NCBI GenBank assembly: GCA_964057225.1
Contig: OZ059894.1
Coordinates: 7,688,001 to 7,752,000 of the forward strand
DNA: 64,000 nucleotides
Reading direction: 5' to 3'
Source: Auanema rhodensis
Lineage: Eukaryota; Animalia; Nematoda
Made by a program: the position numbers and the translations under genes. The notes beneath the pieces were generated by a model. That model saw only the letters and a program-made list of their open reading frames with translations, had not been told where the DNA came from and made no database searches. This document shows, one piece after another, positions 27,550 through 38,715 of the stretch (position 1 is the stretch's first letter; each line of letters begins with the position of its first letter).

Positions 27550-29030
27550 ATGGCTCAACAAAGTCAGGGCCACGCTATTGTATGTTTCACGTTTTTTAAT
27601 TTTGTTTTTAATTGATGTAATTTTAGGCTGATATATACAGAGGTGTTATTTCTGATGTGATTAACCAAGTGAAGGAAGCATTCCTTGATGAAAATGTCGA
27701 TATTGATGTTTTGAATCAGCTCCGAAAGGTTTAAAAATTTTTTATTTTGTTTAATTGATCAAAATTGTTGTTAGGAGTGGGAAGACAAAGTTAATTCGAG
27801 TGGCTGCGTTGATATGGATACCAGACATCCTTCACATACGCAGCATGTTCCACCCGCGGCTATGAGGAGTATGCCTTCAAATCCTGTACCGAACAGAATG
27901 GCCATGCCTCATGCAAGAATACAACCACATATGGTGGGTTACAAGTTTATTATCTTTCAACATTTTTTTTCTAGCAGAATGTTCCTGCACAAATTCCTCA
28001 ACATATCGAGGTTCAAAATCAACCTCGTCAAATGACTGTGGGGCAGATAGCTCAACAGCAACATCAACAGCAACAACAGCAGCAACAACAGCAGCTACAA
28101 CAACAACAAAATATTGGACAAATTCAGGTCCAGGTTAGTTCTTGATCACCTCCTTTATGAGATGATTGTAATTTTTTCAGCCTAATCAAATTGGTAATGT
28201 TCCTTTCCCCGCTGGTCAGGTACGCATGGTTCAAACTATTGGTCAACCTGGCCAGTTTATTATACCAAACCAAAGTGTCATGTTTATTCAGAATAGTGGT
28301 ATATTTGTAACTTTAAATATACTATGTATGCTCTCTGATTAGGTCAACAAATACCAATTGCTATGGGACCCACTAATATGGTTCAACAGCGTGTTCAATT
28401 GAATCCCGGACAAGTATTGGGACAACAAATTCATCAAGTCGATGGAAACGCTGATGTTGACGTGAGCAATGTAATGAAGATATCATTTTTATTGACTAAT
28501 TTTTATTTTTTCAGGAAGAAGCTACGTCCTCTTCATCTGGTATCAAAAAGCACCAGAAAGTGAAAAAGACACGTATGCACTTTTTTGTGCCTTTTTTATT
28601 CAGTTTTAAAATTTTCAGGCAAAGAAGCTGAAATGATTGCTAGACAGCTTGGTCTTTTGCAACTTGATGGAGGTGGAGGGGGAATGTCTGATTCTTCTAG
28701 TGAGGAAGAAGATGAAGACCCACTTAGTTCGATTGCTAACATCGGTGATGGGCATATCGACGATGGGGAGACTGTTAGTTTGCGCTATTTAAAAAAAATA
28801 GAAACTACTTCATTTAGATTACTGAGGAAGATCCTCTTAATTCCGGAGATGATCAGAGTGATGATGAAGATTTGGAAACCTTATTTGATGCTGAAAATGT
28901 TATCATGTGTCAATTTGAGAAGGTTCACAGAGCTCGATCTAAATGGAAGTTCCAGCTCAAGGATGGAATTATGCACATTGATAATCGTGACTACTGTTTC
29001 CAAAAGTGTACTGGAGAAGCCGAATGGTGA
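27550..29030 (+). CDS. pqn-51: Transcription factor IIA large subunit (alpha/beta precursor; GTF2A1/TOA1 orthologue)
   Basis: N-terminal IYRGVISDVINQVKEAFLDENVDIDVLNQLRKEWEDK, Q-rich linker, QLDG cleavage site, acidic region, C-terminal EEDPLNSGDD...NVIMCQFEKVHRARSKWKFQLKDGIMHIDNRDYCFQKCTGEAEW*. Confidence 0.95.
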
Positions 29031-29449
29031 AACTGTTCTGAGATTTATTTTTTGCAAATTTTGATTGTTTTCTCCCACTGCGACTTGGTTTAGATTCTGA
29101 GAATTCCTCTGCTTCCTGCTTCTACTTGTCAGTTATTCACTTACTTGGCATAGATTCGATTCTCATCTCTGTGATTAACGTTTTTTTTTGTTCTGATTAT
29201 ATCTGTCAGTGTTTTTTTTAATTGTGACCTTAGCTCGTTTTTTCTTTCATCATGTTTATGAATTACCAGTCGGTGTATTTCTCTGTGTTATGATTAATAT
29301 AGAAGATTGTTGCGTTCTATTACATGTTATGATAGAGTGGGATTAGATAAATATTTATTTTGTTCATATTTTCTTATTTAATTAGGTATAACTTCCAAGA
29401 TTTATTAGGAGAATAATAATGCAATTTTCGAATAATAGCAATCAGATAA

Positions 29450-30577
29450 ATGTCCAGCACATGCTTAGTTTTGAAGAAAGCGAATGTCAGCTATCCCTAT
29501 GTTCAAATTTTAGTTTCTAAAATTAATGAAGACTTGTATCATGTATTTGTGCGAACACGGTTTGGTTATTTCTAATTTTAAGCTCATAAAACTATTCAGG
29601 AATGAAACCTTATGTTTGAACTTGAGTTCTGTTATTATTCATTCACTAATTCGAGAAGCTTGTAAAGCCTATTGGAGAGACATAATTCCGGAATTCCGAA
29701 TTAAGAACAAATATCAAAGGTGTCTGCATTATACTTTCTCTCTCACGCTGTTCTTTAAGTTTACATTCATCAGTTTCTCATTCGGTAACGCCTAGAATCG
29801 TTGAGATTACTTCTGATGATGAACTGGAGGATTGCTCCTCATCAACAAATCAGCCTTTCGTTCAAGTAATAATAGTTTTTTTATTGTTTTTTTTAATCGT
29901 ATGCCTTAAGTTCCCTAGAAATAGGATAATTGCATTGCCTTTCAATACTGATAATAAAGGTTCATCAAAAAGAAGAAAGAAAGTAACGGTTGCGTCGTTA
30001 TTAGGACAAGATGATTATTATGCTTGCAAGGTCTATATATCATTCTTCTACTTAAATGCAAAAAAAATAATTTCAGACATGCTTTAAATCGTTTCAGAGA
30101 AAATATAATCTTCAACGTCATGAATTTGGATGTAAAGTCAATACTATTTTTTTCTTTTGTCCTATATGTTCGTGTACATATAAAAGAGCAAATCATTTAG
30201 CTGTAAGTTTATATATAAAATATATATCACTCATATTCCATACAATTACATAGGATCATATACGATCACATGAAGGTTTCAAATTTGAATGTAAAATATG
30301 TCTCAACCAATATGGTACGAGAGCAGCACTAACAGTGAGTTTTTCTAGCCCAAATGAAGTTATTAATATACTGATTAGGCTCACATGAAAAAACACAAAA
30401 ACTCTACCAAAGATAAACCATCAACAGATGTAAGAAAAGATGGGAAAAGGAAATCTGCGTCTTACATTGAACCTGCCGCACATGGTATACGAAATTCTGA
30501 ATTGCTGTTGATTATTGGTGAATTTAGAAACTGCTGGTAAAATTAGAATACCTTTGGATTTTGAAGTGCAGATGTGA
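29450..30577 (+). CDS. Small zinc-finger protein (one C2HC plus two C2H2 fingers, basic NLS-like stretch)
   Basis: Spliced frame gives SKRRKK, YACKTCFKSFQRKYNLQRHEFGC, FCPICSCTYKRANHLADHIRSH, FECKICLNQYGTRAALTAHMKKH; ends EVQM*. Confidence 0.82.
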
Positions 30578-30791
30578 ATCAGTATTCAATAAGGTTTGGG
30601 AATCTAATATAAAAGTATTTTTGTCTTTTGAGTTGATGTAACCCTCATTTTTGCTGCCTCAAAATGCTTACGTTTTCATTCCATTGTTACAAGAATACCA
30701 ATGAATAGTTCCTAAGAGACTCCCCTAGCTACGAAATTCCATTATTGGCTTCTTCATGTTTAGAAACCTTCTTCTGCTCTAAATTTTTCAA

Positions 30792-32269
30792 ATGACTTCG
30801 GCTCATAAAATTAGACTCTCGCCAATTTTATATCTTTTATTCTATCTTATTCGTTCTGTGGCTGCGCAGTGCTCATCAAATACCAAACGTAAGAAACATC
30901 ATCACATACAAAAAATTAATTAACATAGTTGTTAAACTGAGTACTACATTTTGTTTCAGTTTTTTAAATGAAGCGGTTGCATCAGTTTTTTATTTTTTAT
31001 TATTACAAAAAATTCATCATTTTCAGCAACCAATGCATTATCTCCGCTAGTACTTTATATGATTGGTGATGAAAGCTATGGTATGGATATAGTAATGCTT
31101 TATTTGTTATTTCTACGTATTCAGGCAATCGTTCTCATATTCTCTCGCCTCATTCGGACTTTGAGTCTTCAGCTGCTTCAGTAAATTTTACAGTTCGATT
31201 TGCTGATCAGCTAGATGCTAAAGCTTTAACAAGTGATACAAATGTTGGATGCTCATGTACAACAAGAGTAATAACAGTTACCAAACTCTCATCCGATTTT
31301 TCTCGGCGTAGGCATCTTTAGGTTGCTATTATTTGAATTACATTTTTTTTATAGTTACAATTAGTCATACAACCGACGTTTTCTTGAATAATTGGATTGA
31401 TGCTGGTTTTCAAGCATCTCCTGATGGCACTTTTTATTGTGTAAAAAATAAAAATGAATGCAAAGCTGATGTCGGCCTCTATCTATATAAAAGCAACACA
31501 TCCGAAGGCAAAATTGGAATACTGTGGACATTTTCAAGAGTTTTGTAATTTAGATTATTACGTGTCAACTGAAAACAAAGGTCCACAGTTTGGTGAAGAA
31601 CCATATAGCCTACATTATCCTCCAAATCGTCCTGATCTTTACGGTATTCCCCTGTGCTACGTTTGGTTAGATACATCGTAAGTTATCAGAGAGCTGATAA
31701 CCTTTCTTTTTGTTTTAAGATTGACAACTACCACGACCACCAAAGCTACAACTACTACGTCTGCTAATGAAGCAGCCATGACTACAGTGTCTGATAAAAA
31801 TGACACTTCAGACGCAACAATACCATCCGAAACAGTATAAGATAATAACTGGTAACTTGATGATATTTTTTATTACAGTTAACTTCTACCAAGAGTAGCG
31901 AAGAGGACCAGACGAGGGATAAAAGTTAGACCAGTTATTGATATGCACTAATATAATTTTTTAGAATGGAAGTCGTCCTGGTGGAAATGGGTGGCTGGTT
32001 TATGTGCTGGATTATTCATGATAGGAATATGTTGCATAGCTGTATGTTTTACCCTAAAACTATCAAATATTTTTTTAATTCGTCAGGTTATCTGTTGCAC
32101 TATGATGTTTATAAGTCCGGCGAGTAAAATCACTCATGTGGTCAAATACTCTGGGGAACCTACGAACTCCCGTGATGTACTACCCCCTCAACCTGTTCAA
32201 GCAGCCGCAACAGGGCAACAGTTACCCGCTAATTTCGTGCCTTTACCACCTGGTTATGTCCCCTCTTGA
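30792..32269 (+). CDS. Type I membrane protein with a DUF5648-like ectodomain, Thr-rich stalk, TM helix and Pro-rich tail
   Basis: Signal peptide ...ILYLLFYLIRSVAA; GTFYCVKNKNECKADVGLYLY...DYYVST...GIPLCYVW resembles nematode DUF5648 repeats; TTTTTTKATTTT stalk; TM WVAGLCAGLFMIGICCIAVICCTMMFI; tail ends PLPPGYVPS*. Requires one GC-AG intron (31508-31553). Confidence 0.78.
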
Positions 32270-32413
32270 TCAATTACAGTAAACGTATATGTACATGAAT
32301 ATTTAAGACTAGCGCCGAAGTTGCAAAGTACAATGTATAAAATTGTTTAAAATGGACATGTAAAGGCATAAAGTGAACTCGTATGATTAGAAGGAGCTCG
32401 CATCCAAAATTGT

Positions 32414-35400
32414 CTATGACGCAACTTGACGAACCGGCGGCCTAAAATGAGCTTAGTTTGCATTGAATAAACTATGTAAAACTTACAGTCCTACTGTTCC
32501 TTCCCGAGGTGGAATTGCTGGAGGAGAGATAGCTGATTGTGTTGGGGGGGGAGGTGCGACTATCTGAGGCACTTGATTGTCTAATGATGCCATAGATACA
32601 TAAGCTGAACTATTTACAGTGCCGATGGTTCTACTTTCCAGTGTAGTAGGTCGCCTTGCTGCACTCCTGTCCTACAAGCTTACAAAAATATAAATAATTA
32701 TTTTTAAATCATACCGGATTGCAATAAATATAATGAGGATTAGTAACAGCTGAATGACTAGAGGCCACAGTAGGCTGAAACAAAAGTAATATTTAGAAAA
32801 ATGATAAACTTAATTCCTACATGCATATAATTGTCATTATTCACAATTCGGTTTACTCCTGGAGGAATCTCGCCACAATCAACATATGGATCTTCATCCT
32901 GACCGGCAGGACGATTAGACGGAGGAACTACAGCAGAAATAGTATACTGAAAAGCCATATGAATCCTTGAGCTGTTCATGCAAAACTCACATATGGAGAA
33001 GGGGCAGGGTAAGTTGGAGGAGACATAGAATGAATATTTGGATCAAGGGTATGTGAGCGAGAACGAATAGAAGAAACGGGTTGAGATATAGGTATATAAT
33101 TGTCATCTGGAAAAATACAGAAATAAATAACCATAAATACTAAACTTACCGCTGTCAAAGCGTATGTTACCTGGTGAAGGAACTGTTTCACTCAAAGAAA
33201 TCTCCCTAGTTTGAACAGGAGCAGGTATTCGCGGTGCAGGCCGCTGAAAAAAAACCATGAGTCAGTATTTAAGATTTCGAACGTAGTCAAGATAGGATCT
33301 TAAGATAACTCACAGTTGGGACTTTAGCGACAGTTCCGCGCGAAAGAGAATTGGAATACTTTTGCCTGTCTTTTTCATTATTTGACACAGAAGATCCATC
33401 GGGACTATACACAACAGTTGAAGATGCGGTCTTGGAACTTGAACTGCTGGCAATATCATCTGAACAATATTACTTGGTAAATAATCAATCAAAATATAGA
33501 TTAAATTGAAACAATCACAAAAACAATCACAACACTAACCATCACCAACTACTTCAACAACGGCAAATTCAGGTTCTGGTCCAGATCCTCCATTTTTCTT
33601 TTTCTTTTTCATAGCATGAGCTCTTTTCAATGTACCATGCCCACCATCAACTCCCAGCAAGTTTAGATGTGGTGTACTACTTGAATGTGCACCTTGAAGC
33701 CTGCCCATGTGAAGACCATTCCGTAAAGTTTTGGAATCTTCCGGTGTTCCGCCTTTTTTCACTCAAACAACACAAATACCAAATAACAAAACAACATTGA
33801 ATGTAAAAAAAATTAAACTTACATATCAGTATATTTTCTGCATTTTTCTTATATGCAACGTTATCAACCACAGACACTAAATGTCTTAGATCTGAAACTA
33901 TCTTATGAAATTACATACAATATTTGTGTGATATACCTCCTTCGGGGCTACCAATTGAACTTTTACTGATCTTCTTTCTAGTTCTCGGTTGTTGAAAGGG
34001 AACTCCAGGTATTTTCTCGTTCTAAAAACAAACAAATTGGTATTTGAGTAATAACTTGGATCAACCTTATCCATAATCGTACTTGCACGGTCAAGATATA
34101 GGATACACAACGCATGCAACTTGCTTTCCAAACTGCATGCCATCTCACTTAATATAATTAAAAATAAGAATTCTAAGAATTCTAAGAACAAGCAGAAACC
34201 TTTTATTTTCATTTTGTCTCACAAATTCTGCTACCACTTGTTGAGCAAGATGGACAGTTCTTTCTTCGTCGATCTAAAATTAGAAACACTTTTGGAAATA
34301 TCAGCATATGCATAAAAATACGGTTATTTTATCGACTTCAAGAGTAGTTCTATAATTACAAAAGCTGTTATATAGAGCTGAAAACTTAGGGCGAGAACAA
34401 GGCATTGCCTGAATTCCAAAATTAAAATATCACAATCAAAATCAAAAAAAGCACCCAACAAGACAGCATTATATTCTTCCACTGATTTGGGCATTCTTCA
34501 TTAACTATCAAAGCAGATCCACCATTTTTTGCAACCTAAGAAAACCATATAAAATAGAAATAAACGGTTTTTTCACAACCTCAAAAGCTCCTGAAAGTTC
34601 TAATCCTTTATAAGGTTCTTCCTTAGTTATTATAGACCATAAAATAACTCCAAAACTCCAAACATCAGATGCTTCAGAAAATTGTCGTTTACTGAAAGCT
34701 TCGGGAGCCAAATATGCTAGAGTACCGGCTTCATTATGACTTTGTCTAAAAATAATGTAATCGTTCAATTCACTTATTAAAATTAAATATACCTTTTTTC
34801 TTCTTCACGAAGAGCTTTGGTAAATCCAAAATCAGTTAATTTCAAGCTAATTTTAGAAAGCGGAGTATTATTACAATCAACACAGCGTGAACTATCCTAG
34901 AAATATAAATAAAAATATTAAAGCATGAAATCAACATATGAACCTCATCCAAATACTGCGAAGTTGTTTCGCAAAGACATATTTTTTCTTTGATCAATAT
35001 ATTAGCGGTTTTTAAATCACGATGAATACAGTGATTTTCAATAACAAATTTCATGGCATTTGATATTTGAATTGCCCATTCAACAAAAACACGAACCGAC
35101 AAAAATGTTTTATTTTTGTTAAGTTCCTGAAGTAACTCTTTCAAGGAACCACCTGAAGGGAATGTTTTAGATTAGATTTATTATACATCGAACCTTCACA
35201 AAGTTCCAATACTAAGCCATGAGGTGAGGATAGAGAAATTCCATAAAGCTCAACAATATTATGATGTTTAAAACGATTAATCATTATAGCTTCCTTTTTT
35301 AGAACTGAACAAAAAATAAGTAAAACCAAGTCAAGCTTCACTTACTTCGAAGATATTCATTACGTGTGGGAGTTTTAAGAGCAGCCTCTTTATTATTATA

Positions 35401-36551
35401 CTTGACTCTGATAACTTTTGCGAAAGCTCCTTGTCCTAGCCATTGATTATTAGCAACTTCTTCTATTTCACTAGAAGCTATTTTTTTCGCTTCGATACCT
35501 AAAGTTAACTTTTAAAATATATCGAGCAAAAAAAATAAGATACCAATAAAATTAACATATTGTGAAGGGAAAAGTCCTTTCATACCAGTTTCTTCCAGTT
35601 CTCCATACCACCAATCTTTTTCACCTCTGATACATTAAAAAATAGGGAGGTAAAACAAATATATCAAACGTTTCAGTGGTGAGAAGCCTTATGGTGTCAC
35701 TGCTATGTAATGTTAATTCGTCTTCCCTCTCTCCTATATATTCATGTAAAACTTCATAAATCTAAAAAAGGAAAAAAATATATATATATGAATAAACCAA
35801 AATACATTTAGAAGTTCTCCATTATTTTGCTTCGCAACTATGCTCGTTATTGCAAGTTCAGAAGATCCTGAAACGTCACATGATGAATGTAAATAATAAT
35901 TAATGAATCAAAACCTTCGCGAGCTGCACCACATGAAAATGAATTTCTAACTAATCTAGCCCCAGGCTTTTCACCTGGATCATGTACAGATAATACATTT
36001 GCTGAAGTAATATCAAGAAATTAAGAACTTTAAACTAAGCATACTAGTAGGAAGGTTTTGATGAGCATCGAGGTTTGAATCAGACTGGTAATTGGAATTC
36101 ATTGCATTTTCATGTCCAATACGATTTAGCACCTTAACAAAATCTTGATTATTGCACTGATAAAGTGAGAATGAAAACATTGAACATGAAAAAATGAAAC
36201 GGAAAAATACACTAATAGTACGAACATACCTCGCAGCTTATACTAGCTTGCTTTCGAAACAACGAACTACAAGTTTTTTTTCGTGATCGTATGGGAACTT
36301 CCTTAAAAAAATTATAAAGTACAAAATAGCTTAATTAAAGTTATTAAAAGCTTGATAAATCTAAAGCAAGTGAACTAGGCTTTAACTGTCTGGCGCTCTC
36401 CGCAAAAGTCACACTCTCTCTTCTTAATTGAATTGAGCATTTTCATCGTAACGGGACTATATTGCAAAGCAGCTTCTCACTTTAAGATGCCTACCTGAAC
36501 GTCCATTTCAGTACCATTTAGTTTTATATATGGAGGCTCTTTATATTTCAT
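32414..36551 (-). CDS. mlk-1: Mixed-lineage kinase (SH3 - kinase - CRIB-like - Pro-rich tail), MAP3K
   Basis: SH3 (VLHEYIGEREDELTL...DWWYGE...GLFPSQYV), GQGAFAKV, AALK, HHNIVELYG, HRDLKTANILIK, TDFG, AGTLAYLAPE, SDVWSFGV, CRIB-like IGSPEGDLRHLVSV. The first exon (ATG 36551 after TTTCAG) is less certain than the rest. Confidence 0.88.
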
Positions 36552-37786
36552 TCTGAAATATCACAATTTTAGACATTAATCATTTTACTCAACGATATTT
36601 CAAATGTAGGCAAGGTATAGTAAAATGCTTATATAAGACAAATGTTTTGATGAAACATTTATTCAGCTGTTAGTCGTACGAGTAGTTTCTTTGGGCACGT
36701 TGTCATTCCAGAATAATTTATCTTTGCAATTACTTTTTTCTTTAGTAATGGCCATTTTTCTCAGTTATGCATGGAATATAGGTTGTGCCACTTGACGGGC
36801 CAGATACTGACAAAACTAAAACGGAAATCGAACAAAGTATGAAGATTATAGGCTTCTTCGTAAAATAAAAGACAAGAATAGAAGAAATGGCTCGGTTGAA
36901 GGTCGTTAGTTGGCCTGCGATAAGTCTATGCCTAAAACAGGTTGTAGACCGAGACGTCTCGCATCGCGGTCAATCTTTCGGTTTTAGAACAGCTGTTCCC
37001 AAGATAAAAAAGAATTTACACTTGAATAGTTGAAGTAGTAACTGTCTTTAAAATTTGATCATATTCTGTACCTATTCATCATTTATTACTAAAAAGACGG
37101 ATGCTGGCAAGTTCTGATCCATATTACTTACGCCGCCGGCTACATTTTTACAGATTATTTAGACATACAAATGCAGTTATTCGCTGGCTAAGAAGGTATA
37201 AGAATTTCTATACTAAAAAAATTATTATAACAGTTTCTTAGACAAATGATATCTTAAAACAATATAACAACAAGTAATATGCTAGAAAAGGATTATATAT
37301 AATTTAATCTGAATTGACATAATACAACACTTGCTGAACAAATAGAATTGCCTCCATCAGTTGAAGTCGATTATGATAATGTATGACATCACTTTTATTT
37401 CTGTTCCTCGTCTATGTTATTTATTCCGATAAAGTACCTCAAGGTCCCAAAATTCAAGTGAAATGAAAATAAAAACAAGAAATCTTACCTAAAAATATTT
37501 TTTTTTAAATGCAACCGGTTGGCAAAACTTTAACTACCGAAATAGCTTTCATGTTTCTTACAATTGGCTACATGATGAAATGAACAGCGTTCGGTCAACG
37601 TTATGAATAAATATGAATAAAGAAAAATAAATGTTTATTAATACAGCTTTTTTAATTAAATAGAATATTTCGAGTATATATACATATATGCAGGAACAAT
37701 AGAATGCTATGAAAAAAATTAAAATAGTTTGCAGTAGCATACTTAAGACGCATTTTTAACTAACCACACATTTTATACGTCTCCTT

Positions 37787-37989
37787 TCATATGTCATACT
37801 GAAATAATATTTTTAATAAATGTTTCAAAGAACAGTCTTGTTTACGTATTCTTCTTGTAGATCTAGTTCATTACTTGTCAAACCACGTAGGTTATATTCG
37901 TGAAAGTACCATGAAAAAGTGCCGAAAATTATCAAAAAGCAACTAGCTAAAGATGCGACAACCACTATGCCAAGAAAATAAACATCCAT
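37787..37989 (-). CDS. 51-aa single-pass membrane micropeptide MDVYFLGIVVVASLASCFLIIFGTFSWYFHEYNLRGLTSNELDLQEEYYDI
   Basis: TTCTCAG acceptor 12 nt before ATG 37989; exon 37846-37989, 47-nt intron GTAAAC..ATTTCAG (37799-37845), exon 37787-37798; long hydrophobic helix; AATAAA on the minus strand at 37634-37639. Absent from the ORF track (under 60 aa). Confidence 0.62.
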
Positions 37990-38715
37990 TAAGTATTGAT
38001 GCTGAGAATGATAATAAGATGTTGGTAATGACTGACACTGTAAACAAGTAAAGTTGATTAATGGAAATATATTTTAAAAATTGTTGTACAAAGTTCAAAT
38101 GGTTAAGTGCTAATAAACATTCTTTTACCAAAAAAAAACCAGCAAGGTTTTCATTTTTCATTGATATTAACCACATGAACAATAAAAAGTGTAGTTGACA
38201 AGGCTGATTTATTCATTTTCATGGAACTTCCATTAGGAAAAACGGACTAATGAGAATAAAATTTTGGGAAAGAGGAAATATAGAATAAAACGTTAATATT
38301 TTTGGTTAATGGAATTGGTGAGTTCTGTGAGTGATCTTGAAATATATGAGTACTTGTAAATACTTAGGCAATTGACTATATGAATACACTATAGTATCTA
38401 CATATCTGATTCCCAAAGGCAAAACGAGGAATCGGAAGAGAACCTACAATGAGTATTAGCTATTCATTCTGATAATCATCAATGAAGCCTTGATCAGATT
38501 TAAAAAAAATTTGTTGGAACATTATATAATTTGTGAATAGAATTAAATTACTGCTCTTCAATATATATTCTACGATTGCAATGTGCTTATAGTGTTCAGT
38601 AATACTTCAATAAATGCTAAGTGGATTGCTGCTCTATCATATTTAAGACAAATGTTGTGTATAAAGACTGCATATATTAAAAAAACTTTATTATTAAAAT
38701 TTTGGTACATATTTT

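Noticed and set aside
36880-37385. Exon-like pieces with GCAAGT/GTATAA donors upstream of mlk-1
   Set aside because: Could not assemble a convincing open spliced frame; probably promoter or a decayed remnant.
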